DNA of 64,000 nucleotides, from positions 19,680 through 83,679 of the forward strand of contig JAFZBE010000047.1 in assembly GCA_017561935.1 (NCBI GenBank). Reading direction: 5' to 3'. Shown here piece after piece: positions 10,266-20,493 of this stretch. How positions within the stretch are numbered: the first letter of the stretch is position 1; each line of letters starts with the position of its first letter. Below the pieces are notes generated by a model. It did no database searches. It was not told the DNA's origin and saw only the letters and a program-made list of their open reading frames with translations. The translations under genes and the position numbers were made by a program. This stretch comes from Bacteroidales bacterium. GTDB taxonomy: Bacteria > Bacteroidota > Bacteroidia > Bacteroidales > UBA3663.

Positions 10266-11486
10266 CTAATATAGACCTACCTTGCCGACTCCAAAACGCT
10301 TGTGGTAAATCAGGGCTTTGCAACGGAACCAAAGGTCCACAAATGGGGTATAAAGGTCACAGAGGATAGGCAGTCCAACCATCGGATGCTGCTTCAACAC
10401 CTTTGCCGAACTGATGTGGGTATAGACAATAAGTGCCAGGCGAATCAGAAGCATAGCAAGCACTGCGCAGAGTGTAGTCCATGCATGCTGATGCGTGCCT
10501 GAGCCGCTAAAGATCCGAATGATGGCGTAAACTATCAGGATGAGGCCGGGGATAACTGTGGCATATCGGGTGAAGTATTCGACTAACTTCACCACGGCAG
10601 GCACCCATGGATAGAGGCGGGAGGTGAAACCTCGGTTCAAACGGTCGATGGACCAGTTGATGAAAAGAGGTCGTGAAAGGTCGTTCATGACTGTATCGGG
10701 CCGACAATCGACAGCCACGTTGCCATTGCGAGCCACATCTGCCACGAAGAGATCGTCTTCGCCAGGCTGCATCTTGAGATGTCGTTGGAAACCCTGACTG
10801 CGATTGGCATAGAACGTCTGCTTGCGGAATGCCAGGTTCTGCCCCCAACCTGCATACGCCTTCATCGAAAGAGTGATTCCGAACATCAGCAGCAAGCGCT
10901 GAAAGAGATCGAACTGACAAAAACGAGACAAGAAACTCGTGTGACGCTCATAGACAACAGGACCCAGAACGACTTCGATGCCTGGGTTGGCAAAATGGCT
11001 TGCTAATCCACTGATCCACTCGGCTGATGCAGGCAAACACTCGGCATGTGTCGTTAGGATGATGTCATAGTGTGAAGATTTCGTGCCAAGCAATACGGCA
11101 AGCTTGCGGTGGCTCATGGCTCGCGTCTTCTCGTCAATCTTGGTATGCATCAGGATGTCGGAACGCTGGTCCATCATAGAGAGTACGTCTTGCGTATCGT
11201 CGCATGAATTGTCGTCAAGCACGATAACCTCGTATTTGGGATAATTCTGGCTTAGCAGCACAGGAAGATTTCGTGCCAAAGCTTCAGCCTGGTTGTGGCT
11301 ATAGACCAACACACTGACGCCAGGCAGTTCGCCGCCCGCATAAACGGGAGCCTTTGCCTGGCGACAAGCTTGTCGACGTAACCCTTGCCAAATGATCAGG
11401 TTCAGGATAAGTTGGATGAGCCAGGCCACCACAAAGATGGTAGCCATGGACACCAGCCAAAAGGGATAATCTATTGTGACGTTCAT
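10266..11486 (-). CDS. membrane-anchored family-2 glycosyltransferase
   Basis: VSVLVYSHNQAEALARNLPVLLSQNYPKYEVIVLDDNSCDDT (GT2 DxD region), flanked by TM helices. Confidence 0.75.
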   Translation of the reverse strand: MNVTIDYPFWLVSMATIFVVAWLIQLILNLIIWQGLRRQACRQAKAPVYAGGELPGVSVLVYSHNQAEALARNLPVLLSQNYPKYEVIVLDDNSCDDTQDVLSMMDQRSDILMHTKIDEKTRAMSHRKLAVLLGTKSSHYDIILTTHAECLPASAEWISGLASHFANPGIEVVLGPVVYERHTSFLSRFCQFDLFQRLLLMFGITLSMKAYAGWGQNLAFRKQTFYANRSQGFQRHLKMQPGEDDLFVADVARNGNVAVDCRPDTVMNDLSRPLFINWSIDRLNRGFTSRLYPWVPAVVKLVEYFTRYATVIPGLILIVYAIIRIFSGSGTHQHAWTTLCAVLAMLLIRLALIVYTHISSAKVLKQHPMVGLPILCDLYTPFVDLWFRCKALIYHKRFGVGKVGLY

Positions 11487-11491
11487 TCAAG

Positions 11492-12439
11492 TCAGAGGGT
11501 GGCCAGATAGTTGCTCACGTTCTGTTCGATACGTGCTGCGATATCGCCATTGTCGGCTGCGGGGATAAACTTCTCACCAACGATATGCTCGTAGAGTTCA
11601 ATGTAGCGATCGCTCACCGAACGTGCATACTCGTCGGTAATCTCGGGCATCACCTGTCCGGGTTCGTTCATGAAGTTGTGGTCGATGAGCCACTGGCGTA
11701 CGAACTCCTTCGAAAGCTGCTTTTGAGGCAAGCCTTTCTCGAACTTCTCCTCATAACCATCGGCATAGAAATAACGGCTGGAGTCGGGAGTGTGTATTTC
11801 GTCGATGAGATAGACCTTACCGTCCTTCTTGCCGAACTCATATTTGGTATCGACGAGTATCAGACCCTTGGCCGCAGCAATCTCGGTGCCACGCTTGAAG
11901 AGGGCACGTGTGTATTGCTCAACAAGCTCATAATCCTCCTTGCTGACCAGCCCCTGGGCAATGATCTCCTCCTTCGAGATATTGAGGTCGTGTCCCTCCT
12001 CGGCTTTGGTTGTTGGGGTAATGATAGGCTCGGGGAAACGCTCGTTTTCGCGCATACCCTCAGGAAGTTTAACACCGCACAACTCACGGCAGCCTTTCTT
12101 GTATTCGCGCCAAGCAGAACCGGTAAGGTAGCCACGAATAATCATCTCAACACGGAAACCTTCGCATTTGAGGCCTACTGTGACCATAGGATCGGGTGTT
12201 GCCAACTTCCAGTTGGGTACGATATCGGCAGTAGCATCGAGAAACTTTGCAGCGATCTGGTTCAAAACCTGGCCCTTGTAGGGTATGCCTTTAGGAAGAA
12301 TAACATCGAATGCGGAGATGCGGTCGGTAGCAACCATCACCATCAGGTCATCGTTAATGTTATAGACGTCACGAACCTTGCCGTGATAGACAGATTTCTG
12401 ACCTTTGAAGTTGAAGTCAGTGCGAGTGAGTGCGCTCAT
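11492..12439 (-). CDS. purC: phosphoribosylaminoimidazole-succinocarboxamide synthase
   Basis: YHGKVRDVY...[11 protein letters not shown]...[11 protein letters not shown], 315 aa. Confidence 0.95.
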   Translation of the reverse strand: MSALTRTDFNFKGQKSVYHGKVRDVYNINDDLMVMVATDRISAFDVILPKGIPYKGQVLNQIAAKFLDATADIVPNWKLATPDPMVTVGLKCEGFRVEMIIRGYLTGSAWREYKKGCRELCGVKLPEGMRENERFPEPIITPTTKAEEGHDLNISKEEIIAQGLVSKEDYELVEQYTRALFKRGTEIAAAKGLILVDTKYEFGKKDGKVYLIDEIHTPDSSRYFYADGYEEKFEKGLPQKQLSKEFVRQWLIDHNFMNEPGQVMPEITDEYARSVSDRYIELYEHIVGEKFIPAADNGDIAARIEQNVSNYLATL

Positions 12440-12510
12440 ATCTTTGTTTGTTTAGAGTATTTTCAAAAATGCGCCGCAAAATTAGAAAAAATAAGGCATA
12501 CTTCCAAATA

Positions 12511-13464
12511 TCAAGGCACAAAAATTGGGGCTGCCATACCATATTTGGCCAATAATGCATCTTTGCGTTGCAAAGTGTCTTGTCTGAACTTCACGTATTC
12601 TTCCGATTCCGGGTCAGACGGTCTGTGTCGGAAAGCTTTTACAATCGGCGAAGCCTCGCACATATATTTCTTCAGGGGAATGGAGAAACAGCAGTCGGTT
12701 ACAAGTTCCTTGACAGCCTCTATTGCTAATGGGGAAGGATGAACCAGATCGTCAGCATAGAATCGATAGTCACGCAGGTCGTCCATCAATAGTTCATATA
12801 CGGGCAGATACTCTACTCGTTCGGCGTAATGCTGCTGCAAGGCATCGATGGCCAAGAGTAAAGTGCCTTTCGACAACTGGTTGCCATGCAGTCCATCCTT
12901 GACATGGCGAATGGGACTGACGGTGAAGATAAAATGCTTATAGGCTGAAGCCTCAATGATAGGATTCCAAAGTGCAACAATCTCTTCGACCGAGAGACGC
13001 CGCCGCACAAAATCGTTAGTCGGAAACTTATGGCAGTTGGCCACTACGCTACCCTCGCGCTCATATACCCAACTGGTCCCCAGCGTAACAATCACATGCT
13101 GTGTTTGCTGCCAGAAATCTCGCACTTGAGCATCGAGCTCGACGAGTTGTCGTTGCAGCTCTTCAGCATCCTTGCCACTCCATTTGCTGTGATGAGCAAA
13201 ACTGAAATATCGCCCTTCATGAAAGCACAGTTCGAAAGGGATATCCTCGTCGTTCGACGCAATGACACGCTTCAAGGACATGGCTATACTGGCGGGATTG
13301 AAGAGCACACCCCAGGGATTGGACATCACAGGCAACCAATGCTCCTGCATCCATGTGCCGATATTATCGGTGAAGCACGAACCCAAAAGCAGAACACCCT
13401 CACGACAACCGATGAGTTGTCGCAAGGGTGTACGTTCTATTTCGGTGCGTAACCTTTGCATCAT
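12511..13464 (-). CDS. GSCFA-domain protein
   Basis: LLGSCFTDNIG near the N-terminus and an overall GSCFA-family layout. The start overlaps the upstream stop by 4 nt. Confidence 0.7.
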   Translation of the reverse strand: MMQRLRTEIERTPLRQLIGCREGVLLLGSCFTDNIGTWMQEHWLPVMSNPWGVLFNPASIAMSLKRVIASNDEDIPFELCFHEGRYFSFAHHSKWSGKDAEELQRQLVELDAQVRDFWQQTQHVIVTLGTSWVYEREGSVVANCHKFPTNDFVRRRLSVEEIVALWNPIIEASAYKHFIFTVSPIRHVKDGLHGNQLSKGTLLLAIDALQQHYAERVEYLPVYELLMDDLRDYRFYADDLVHPSPLAIEAVKELVTDCCFSIPLKKYMCEASPIVKAFRHRPSDPESEEYVKFRQDTLQRKDALLAKYGMAAPIFVP

Positions 13465-13820
13465 TCCTTGCCTCTCATTACCTTCCAGGCCTTCTTCGAG
13501 CGACGACCAACGGTGTCGGCCACTTGTTTGGTCTTCCTGCCGAATCGTTCGCCCTTTGACCCGACGCTATCGACAACAACAGCCGTGCCATTTGCAATCT
13601 TCTTGCCCCAACGAGGAGCTTTGGCGCCTACGCTATCGATGACTACCTCGGTGCCATCGGCAACCTTCTTGCCAAAACGTGTGCCCTTCGAACGGATGCT
13701 GTCGGCGACAACACGGGAACGGGTCTTGAACTTGCTGTCCTGCTCCTGTGCAGAAACAAAACTGGAGCCTACTGATGCCGATGCAATGATCAACGCAAGG
13801 GCTAATATAAATTTTCTCAT
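13461..13820 (-). CDS. small secreted basic protein with three 22-aa internal repeats
   Basis: Signal peptide MRKFILALALIIASASVGSSFVSA. Repeats are VADSIRSKGTRFGKKVADGTEV / VIDSVGAKAPRWGKKIANGTAV / VVDSVGSKGERFGRKTKQVADT. Confidence 0.6.
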   Translation of the reverse strand: MRKFILALALIIASASVGSSFVSAQEQDSKFKTRSRVVADSIRSKGTRFGKKVADGTEVVIDSVGAKAPRWGKKIANGTAVVVDSVGSKGERFGRKTKQVADTVGRRSKKAWKVMRGKE

Positions 13821-13917
13821 TGTATTATGTTTTTAGAATAGATGCTATAGATGCTATAGTGAATATAGGCACTATAGAGAATATTTCATCAATAAGACTA
13901 AAGCCAAGCGTTAAGGT

Positions 13918-14904
13918 TTAAAGGGTGTCAGGCGAAGGAGAAGATGGGGTGTCGGCCGCTTGCTTCTGCGCAAGCTCATATTTGTCGTAAGCATCGACGA
14001 TTTTCTGAACGAGCCGATGACGCACAATGTCGCGCTTGTCGAACTCAACCGTTGCGATACCCGGAATGCCACGGAGGATACGTTGAGCTTGCACAAGGCC
14101 AGAACCCACGTTGCGTGGCAGATCGACTTGGCTAGTATCTCCCGTAACAATCATGCGAGCACCTAAACCAAGGCGTGTAAGGAACATCTTGATTTGGGGA
14201 GCGGTGGTGTTCTGTGCTTCGTCGAGAATGATGATTGCGTCGCTCAGAGTGCGGCCACGCATATAGGCCAAAGGAGCAATCTGGATAACATTGGTCTCAA
14301 GCAATTCGCGTAATTTTGCCGTAGGAATCATGTCTTCCAGAGCATCATAGAGCGGCTGTAGGTAGGGATCAAGCTTGTCCTTCATCTCACCAGGAAGGAA
14401 CCCGAGTTTCTCGCCTGCCTCGACAGCAGGACGTGACAGGATGATCTTGCGAATTTCCTTATTTTTCAACGCTCGCACCGCCAGGGCGATAGCCACGTAG
14501 GTTTTGCCAGAACCTGCAGGGCCGACAGCGAAACAGAGATCGTTTTTGGCAAATGCATCGACAAGTCGCTTCTGGTTCTCAGTACGTGCAGTGATGGGTT
14601 TGCCGTTTACGCCGTAGATGATCAGGCTTTCCTGCCGCTTCTCCACGGGACTTTCGCCGTTGAAGAAACTCAGGATAACCTCTTCGTTGAGTTTGTTGTA
14701 TTCGTTGCAGTAGTTGATCAATCGATCCACGAAGGACTGGAACAACTCAATGTCGTCCTCGTCGCCATATACCTTGATGGCCCTGCCTCGCGCAGCAAAA
14801 CGGAGCTTGGGATACAGTGTTTTGAGCAACAGAATGTTCGAATTGTTCGTGCCATAGAAAATAACAGGGTCGGCCTGTTCCAAAAGAATAACTTTCTCTA
14901 TCAT
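13918..14904 (-). CDS. phoH: PhoH-family ATPase
   Basis: AVGPAGSGKTYVAIA (Walker A), IIILDEAQN (Walker B), MIVTGDTSQVDLP. Start placed at MIEKVILLEQ because the -7 box lies inside the longer ORF. Confidence 0.9.
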   Translation of the reverse strand: MIEKVILLEQADPVIFYGTNNSNILLLKTLYPKLRFAARGRAIKVYGDEDDIELFQSFVDRLINYCNEYNKLNEEVILSFFNGESPVEKRQESLIIYGVNGKPITARTENQKRLVDAFAKNDLCFAVGPAGSGKTYVAIALAVRALKNKEIRKIILSRPAVEAGEKLGFLPGEMKDKLDPYLQPLYDALEDMIPTAKLRELLETNVIQIAPLAYMRGRTLSDAIIILDEAQNTTAPQIKMFLTRLGLGARMIVTGDTSQVDLPRNVGSGLVQAQRILRGIPGIATVEFDKRDIVRHRLVQKIVDAYDKYELAQKQAADTPSSPSPDTL

Positions 14905-14909
14905 GGGTG

Positions 14910-14917
14910 CAAAGATA
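14910..14917 (-). promoter_or_regulatory. -7 box (TATCTTTG) for phoH
   Basis: The plus strand reads caaagata, ending 5 nt from the ATG at 14904. This implies a near-leaderless mRNA. Confidence 0.5.
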
Positions 14918-14997
14918 AGCACTATTTGACACAATGCCAAATTTTATACGAGGATTTTTCTGGAAGCTTGAAAAAATGACCAAAGCAGGGAGAAGCA

Positions 14998-16272
14998 TCA
15001 CTTCAGGAAACGATCGGCAAAGAGGATGAACTGCTCCCAGTCGTATGGCAGGACAGCATGTGGACCTTTACGATAATGGTAACCAATTGTGCCTCCTGCG
15101 ACTGGAACATCCACGGCAGGCATCTCTGTCTGCGCTTGCCCCTCGGCATTTACAATACCCGATAGTTTATAGAGGGCATAGACTGGCTCGGCACCCTTTG
15201 CACCAAGAAATTCACCACGCGGGTCGGCCCACTGGTCATCCTCAGCACTGGCTACATAGACGGGACGAGGTGCGATGAGGGCGATGACCTCATGCTGGTC
15301 GAAGGGCATCAGGTCTTCGTGATGGCTGAATTGACGGAAGTTGCCGCAAAACCACTGGTGGTTGAATTCGTTGACACATTCGACGGTCTCACCATAGCAT
15401 CGACGGGATAAAGCCGTACCGCAACAGCCTGAATTGACTGGGATGACGATGCGGAAACGTTGGTCGATAGCTCCTGCCCAAAGTACTGTCTTGCCAAGAC
15501 GAGAGTGACCGAGCAAGGCCACACGCGAAGCATCGACAAGGGGTTCTGTCTCAAGATAGTCCATGGCACGGCTTATCGTCCACGCCCAACAACTAATGGC
15601 AGCCCATTGGTCGGGCAAAGGATAGGTCTGACCAGGGGCATAGAAATGCTGATGGAGTGTGCTAGAGCGGAACAAGTCGCTTGCCTTATCAGGACAGGCA
15701 TCAGTGTAACAGAATGTGACGAGACCATAACCATGTGCCAGCAAAGTGTCGGGTTGCCAACTGGCAAGAGCCCAACGCGAGGTCCATATTGAATCGTTGG
15801 GGAAGAACGTCAGACCGAAGAAGACCGGATGCCCCTTGTCCGAGTTACCTTCATTAGGTACGACGATGGAGAGGGGGATATTGGGGCCATCGGCAGAAAG
15901 ATGCAGGACGATGTCGCGCCGGATGGCCTTACCGTTGCGGAAGGCGGGGTCAGTGCCGACCACTTCCCAGCAGAAGCCCTCGTCGGGAGCGGGTGCATGG
16001 CCATACATGAATGATTCGAGCAGATTGACGAGTTCGGGACGGCGATGCTCCTCCCATTCCTCCACTGTGGTCACTCGTGAGCCGTCGAGACAAAGAAGCG
16101 GGTCGGGGAGCTCATACTCGGGAACCAAAGACTCATCGTAATTGGCGTTCTTGTAATAGTTTTGGAAGTCAGGCTTATGCACAAAACGTTCATATTGACC
16201 CCAGCATGGAGTCAATATGAACGCTGTTAGTGAGAGCAGAAAAAGCCTGCGTAGAAGATTTATCGTATCCAT
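14998..16272 (-). CDS. secreted alpha/beta hydrolase, glucuronoyl-esterase (CE15)-like
   Basis: Signal peptide. LLGHSRLGKTVLWAGAIDQRF resembles the CE15 G-C/H-S-R-x-G-K nucleophile motif. Confidence 0.55.
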   Translation of the reverse strand: MDTINLLRRLFLLSLTAFILTPCWGQYERFVHKPDFQNYYKNANYDESLVPEYELPDPLLCLDGSRVTTVEEWEEHRRPELVNLLESFMYGHAPAPDEGFCWEVVGTDPAFRNGKAIRRDIVLHLSADGPNIPLSIVVPNEGNSDKGHPVFFGLTFFPNDSIWTSRWALASWQPDTLLAHGYGLVTFCYTDACPDKASDLFRSSTLHQHFYAPGQTYPLPDQWAAISCWAWTISRAMDYLETEPLVDASRVALLGHSRLGKTVLWAGAIDQRFRIVIPVNSGCCGTALSRRCYGETVECVNEFNHQWFCGNFRQFSHHEDLMPFDQHEVIALIAPRPVYVASAEDDQWADPRGEFLGAKGAEPVYALYKLSGIVNAEGQAQTEMPAVDVPVAGGTIGYHYRKGPHAVLPYDWEQFILFADRFLK

Positions 16273-18446
16273 AACAGTTCACGGTATTTGGGCATGGGCC
16301 AGATGTTGTCGTCGCAGATCTCCTCGAGCTTGTCGATGGGACGACGTATGGAGTGGAATGACTCGGCAATCTCGTAATAGGCGAGCGCCTTCTGATAGGC
16401 ATCGTCAATCTTATTGGCGATACGACGCTTATCTACCATTGCATCGACCTTGACCTTGATGTCGGAGTTGTAGGCGGCAATCTTTTTGATGATGGCTATC
16501 TCGGGAGCACTTAGATCCTCCCATGTAGTGGGGAAGAGCGATTTCATCATTGCCACATTTTTCAGTAGCTGTGACTGATAGCTCATGGCAGCAGGAATGA
16601 TATGATTGATGGCAAGGTCGCCAAGTACACGTGCCTCGATCTGGATGAGCTTGGCGTAGGTCTCAAACTTCACCTCGTTGCGTGCCTGCAGCTCTTGCTT
16701 GGTGAAGACACCCAACTTGGAGAACATCTCAACCGAATCGGGCTTGACGTACTCGAGGATCATCTTAGGCACACAACGCTCCACGTCGAGTCCGCGTTTC
16801 TGCGCTTCCTTTTGCCACTCCTCAGAATATCCATTACCATCGAAACAAACGGTGTCGATGATACGTGCGATGATGGGCTTGAGAGTCCTCATCACTGCGA
16901 TCTTCAAACTTGTTCCTTTCGCAAGCTCCTGGTCAACTTCGGCCTTGAAGTCATTGAGCTGTTCGGCAACGATGGAGTTGAGAGCTATCATTGCGCTTGC
17001 ACAGTTGGCCTTGGCGCCGACGGCACGGAACTCAAAGCGATTGCCGGTGAAGGCGAATGGAGAAGTGCGGTTACGGTCGGTATTGTCGATGAAGATCTGT
17101 GGAATCTCGACCAAGCCGATGTCATACTTGTGTTTGCCCGCAATGACGATATCCGTATCATCAGGCACAGTAAGGAGCTTACGAAGTACTTCGGTCATCG
17201 TGCGTCCGAGGAACGCAGAGATAATGGCTGGTGGTGCTTCATTGGCACCCAATCGGTGTGCATTGGTGGCCGAAGCAATGGATGCCTTGAGCAATGGCCC
17301 ATGACGACGCAGAGCTTCAAGGGCATTGACAAAGAAGACTACAAACTGCAGGTTGCTCATCGGATCCTTGCCAGGAGCGAAGAGCATCGTGCCTGTGTCG
17401 GTCTGCAGGGACCAGTTGTTGTGCTTTCCCGAACCATTGATGCCCTCGAATGGCTTCTCGTGAAGCAGTACGCGAAAACCATGACGACGAGCTACGCGTT
17501 TCATCACACCCATGATGAGCATGTTCTGGTCGACAGAGAGATTACATTCTCCATAGATTGGAGCGAACTCGAATTGGTTGGGGGCCACCTCGTTATGACG
17601 CGTCTTCATTGGAATACCTAGACGAAGGCCCAAAATCTCAAGATCCTTCATGAAAGCCTGCACACGGGAAGGTATCTGCCCGAAATAATGGTCATCCATC
17701 TGCTGGTTCTTACTCGAACCATGACCCATGAGCGTGCGACCCGTGGTGATGAGGTCAGGTCGAGCAGAATAAAGATTGTCATCCACAAGGAAATATTCCT
17801 GCTCCCAACCGAGGTTGACCTGAACCTTCTTCACATCAGGATCGAAAAGCTGACAGACCGATAAAGCTGCCTTGCTGACAGCTTTGAGGGCCTTCTTGAG
17901 AGGTGCCTTGTAATCGAGTGCCTCGCCAGTATAGGAAATGAAGACGGTGGGGATACAGAGGCAGTCATCAAGGATGAATACAGGCGACGTGGGATCCCAG
18001 GCAGTATATCCACGAGCCTCAAAGGTGGCACGTATACCACCCGATGGGAAACTGGATGCGTCAGGCTCCTGCTGCACAAGGCTCTTGCCTTCAAAGGCTT
18101 CGATCATGCCGCCCTTGCCATCATATTCCATGAACGAATCATGCTTCTCTGCTGTCGATTCGGTGAGGGGTTGGAACCAGTGACTGCAATGCGTCACTCC
18201 ATGTTCCATAGCCCACTGCTTCATGCCTGCAGCCACGCCGTCGGCCACCTCCAGATCGAGCGGCTTGCCATTGTCGATACAGTTTAGGAGGGAACGAAGG
18301 GTCTTGGCATCAAGGTACTTCTGCATCTTCTCGCGATTGAAGACCAGTTCGCCGAAATACTCCGAAGGTCGGCCATCGGGAATAGGATATTCTGCAGCCC
18401 GTTTCTTGAAAGCAGCCTCGATGGCATCAAATCTCAATTTGCTCAT
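16260..18446 (-). CDS. glnN: glutamine synthetase, type III
   Basis: 728 aa, typical GSIII length. N-terminus MSKLRFDAIEAAFKKR.., catalytic core HEKPFEGINGSGKHNNWS. Confidence 0.95.
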   Translation of the reverse strand: MSKLRFDAIEAAFKKRAAEYPIPDGRPSEYFGELVFNREKMQKYLDAKTLRSLLNCIDNGKPLDLEVADGVAAGMKQWAMEHGVTHCSHWFQPLTESTAEKHDSFMEYDGKGGMIEAFEGKSLVQQEPDASSFPSGGIRATFEARGYTAWDPTSPVFILDDCLCIPTVFISYTGEALDYKAPLKKALKAVSKAALSVCQLFDPDVKKVQVNLGWEQEYFLVDDNLYSARPDLITTGRTLMGHGSSKNQQMDDHYFGQIPSRVQAFMKDLEILGLRLGIPMKTRHNEVAPNQFEFAPIYGECNLSVDQNMLIMGVMKRVARRHGFRVLLHEKPFEGINGSGKHNNWSLQTDTGTMLFAPGKDPMSNLQFVVFFVNALEALRRHGPLLKASIASATNAHRLGANEAPPAIISAFLGRTMTEVLRKLLTVPDDTDIVIAGKHKYDIGLVEIPQIFIDNTDRNRTSPFAFTGNRFEFRAVGAKANCASAMIALNSIVAEQLNDFKAEVDQELAKGTSLKIAVMRTLKPIIARIIDTVCFDGNGYSEEWQKEAQKRGLDVERCVPKMILEYVKPDSVEMFSKLGVFTKQELQARNEVKFETYAKLIQIEARVLGDLAINHIIPAAMSYQSQLLKNVAMMKSLFPTTWEDLSAPEIAIIKKIAAYNSDIKVKVDAMVDKRRIANKIDDAYQKALAYYEIAESFHSIRRPIDKLEEICDDNIWPMPKYRELLWIR

Positions 18447-18473
18447 ATTCTGTTGGTTTTGTAGATTATCTTT

Positions 18474-19190
18474 TTAGAATGAAACACCCACGGCGAAGTA
18501 AATCTTATCAGAAGCAGGGTTATATACGACTTGGCCATAGAACGGGAGGTTGAAAAGCTCCTTGTTGGCAGTCATTGTGACATTGCATACCTTGAAACCA
18601 TCGGTGTCGATCTGTGTGAAGCTATCGTCCCAAAGGCTGGCACCAATGGTAGCCGAGCCATCGATGCCTCCGAGTTTCCAAGGCGCACTCACCTCGACAT
18701 AGGTGGAGTAGGCACGATCATCATTGGGACCCAAGTCACAGCCGGCCACCACCGTATTCCAAGCAAAGGCCAACGGACCGAAATCGTAGGCAAGATTTGC
18801 TTCAAGTGTATGCGAAGAACAACTGTTGAAGTTCCATGTGCCGAAATATCCATCCGTATGGAAATAATAATCTGTTACACCAACAGTCAACGCCTCAATG
18901 GGATTCCATGTCAAGGAAAGGTCAAACTCTGTCATGTTCAAAGCATCCTCGCCCTTCTCAAACAATTCAGCAGAGGCCCATGCGCCGATACTGATGCCTG
19001 CCTTATTGAATGTCACCGTGGCGGAAGGTTGTACGCTAAATCCACCACATTCCTGACCACGCCAAAGATAAGAACTCACAATATCGGCACCCACACTGAA
19101 AGTCACCGATGGTCCGGGTTCCTCGGCGAAAGAGGAAGAGAAACCAAAACCAGCACATACGAAAGTAACAACAACAAATACCTTTTTCAT
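18474..19190 (-). CDS. outer-membrane beta-barrel protein (TorF/Gcw_chp-like putative porin)
   Basis: Signal peptide, alternating-hydrophobic beta strands, and a C-terminal aromatic residue (..AVGVSF). It is co-transcribed upstream of glnN. Confidence 0.55.
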   Translation of the reverse strand: MKKVFVVVTFVCAGFGFSSSFAEEPGPSVTFSVGADIVSSYLWRGQECGGFSVQPSATVTFNKAGISIGAWASAELFEKGEDALNMTEFDLSLTWNPIEALTVGVTDYYFHTDGYFGTWNFNSCSSHTLEANLAYDFGPLAFAWNTVVAGCDLGPNDDRAYSTYVEVSAPWKLGGIDGSATIGASLWDDSFTQIDTDGFKVCNVTMTANKELFNLPFYGQVVYNPASDKIYFAVGVSF

Positions 19191-19235
19191 AACACTTCGC
19201 GCTATATACTTATAATCTGTTTAATAATGGCGCCG

Positions 19236-19243
19236 CAAAGATA
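19236..19243 (-). promoter_or_regulatory. -7 box (TATCTTTG) for porin-glnN
   Basis: The plus strand reads caaagata, 46 nt upstream of the ATG at 19190. Confidence 0.55.
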
Positions 19244-19566
19244 AGGGGCATTCTTGAATTATCCAAATTATTTCCAGTTTTTTTTCAGAATCTGTTGATA
19301 ATTGTTCAACAACAATGCAGTTCAGTCATTTTTTGCTTAGAAAAATAGCTTAATGCAAACATTGCGAAAGACCTTTTGCCTCGATCATCTCTCTTTATTA
19401 CAAAAGATATGTTTTCGTTCATCATAATGTCAATAGATAAAAGAAATGGCAACAATATTTCGTTAAAAAGTTACTCCCGATAATGCAAAAAGTCAAAAAA
19501 TCCTTTAAAAACGCACGCACGCGAAACGTTTTTGACTAAAAAATTCGGACAATTCAAAAAAAAAAC

Positions 19567-19574
19567 ATATCTTT
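19567..19574 (+). promoter_or_regulatory. -7 box (TATCTTTG) for the glycogen-synthase-like gene
   Basis: tatctttg lies 46 nt upstream of the ATG at 19620. Confidence 0.55.
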
Positions 19575-19619
19575 GCACCAATTCTCCTAGCCGCACATCC
19601 CCAAGGAGAAGCAAGACAT

Positions 19620-20453
19620 ATGAACAAAACCAAGATCCTCTTCATCAACACCGAAGTCATGCCGTACCTCCCCGAGGCACGCATGTCGAGCATCGGACGC
19701 CAGCTGCCACAAGGCATTCAAGACGCAGGACACGAGATCCGCACCTTCATGCCTCGATTCGGGCAGATCAACGAACGACGCAATCAGCTTCACGAGGTGA
19801 TCAGGCTCTCGGGCATGAACCTGATTATTAACGACACCGATCACCCGCTAATCATCAAGGTGGCGTCAATCCAGCAGGCTCGCATGCAGGTTTATTTCAT
19901 CGATAACGACGAATACTTTACCCATCGCAACAAATACGGCAACTCACACGGTGAGTACATCGATAATGCCGAGCGTTGTGTCTTCTTTGCCCGTGGCGTC
20001 ATCGAAACCATCCGCAAACTGCGCTGGAAACCAGATGTGGTCTATTGCCAGGGATGGTTCTCGGCCATTTCGCCCATATATATAAAGAAGACATTTGCCG
20101 AAGACCCCTGTTTCCGCGGTGTAAAGATTGTGTTTGCCATGTTCGATAATGGGTTCGAGGGTCATCTTGCAAGTAACTTCTATCGCACAGTGAAACGCGA
20201 AGGAGTACTCAAGGCCGACCTTATCGAGGTGAAGGACAAGCCCGTCGATTATGTGGCCCTTTGCAAACTCGCTGTCAAATTCTGCGACGGACTAATCATC
20301 ACCGATAACACGCTTGCTGCCGAGGAAGTAAAGGCGTACGCCGAAAGCCGCGGTATAAGTGTTCTCGATGCGACTGATGAAGAACTTGACATCCAGAAAT
20401 ATGACGATTTCTTCGAACTTTTCAACCCCAATGGTTCTGAAGAAGAAGATTGA
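19620..20453 (+). CDS. glycogen/starch synthase catalytic-domain (GT5 N-terminal) protein, short form
   Basis: KILFINTEVMPYLPEARMSSIGRQLPQGIQDAGHEIRTFMPRFG matches the starch-synthase N-domain. It is only 277 aa, as in Bacteroidota short forms. Confidence 0.7.
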   Translation: MNKTKILFINTEVMPYLPEARMSSIGRQLPQGIQDAGHEIRTFMPRFGQINERRNQLHEVIRLSGMNLIINDTDHPLIIKVASIQQARMQVYFIDNDEYFTHRNKYGNSHGEYIDNAERCVFFARGVIETIRKLRWKPDVVYCQGWFSAISPIYIKKTFAEDPCFRGVKIVFAMFDNGFEGHLASNFYRTVKREGVLKADLIEVKDKPVDYVALCKLAVKFCDGLIITDNTLAAEEVKAYAESRGISVLDATDEELDIQKYDDFFELFNPNGSEEED

Positions 20454-20493
20454 AAAAACAATTAATAGTTAACAATTATTGTCCACTTCAAAC

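Noticed and set aside
11585-12742. 385-aa plus-strand ORF
   Set aside because: It is antisense to purC and to part of the GSCFA gene. It is a shadow ORF.
16602-17621. 339-aa plus-strand ORF
   Set aside because: It is antisense to the type III glutamine synthetase gene.
19191-19619. 430-bp AT-rich gap between the porin gene and the glycogen-synthase-like gene, considered as an ncRNA locus
   Set aside because: It contains two divergent -7 boxes and one imperfect hairpin (~19492-19538) but nothing diagnostic. It is most simply a divergent promoter region.
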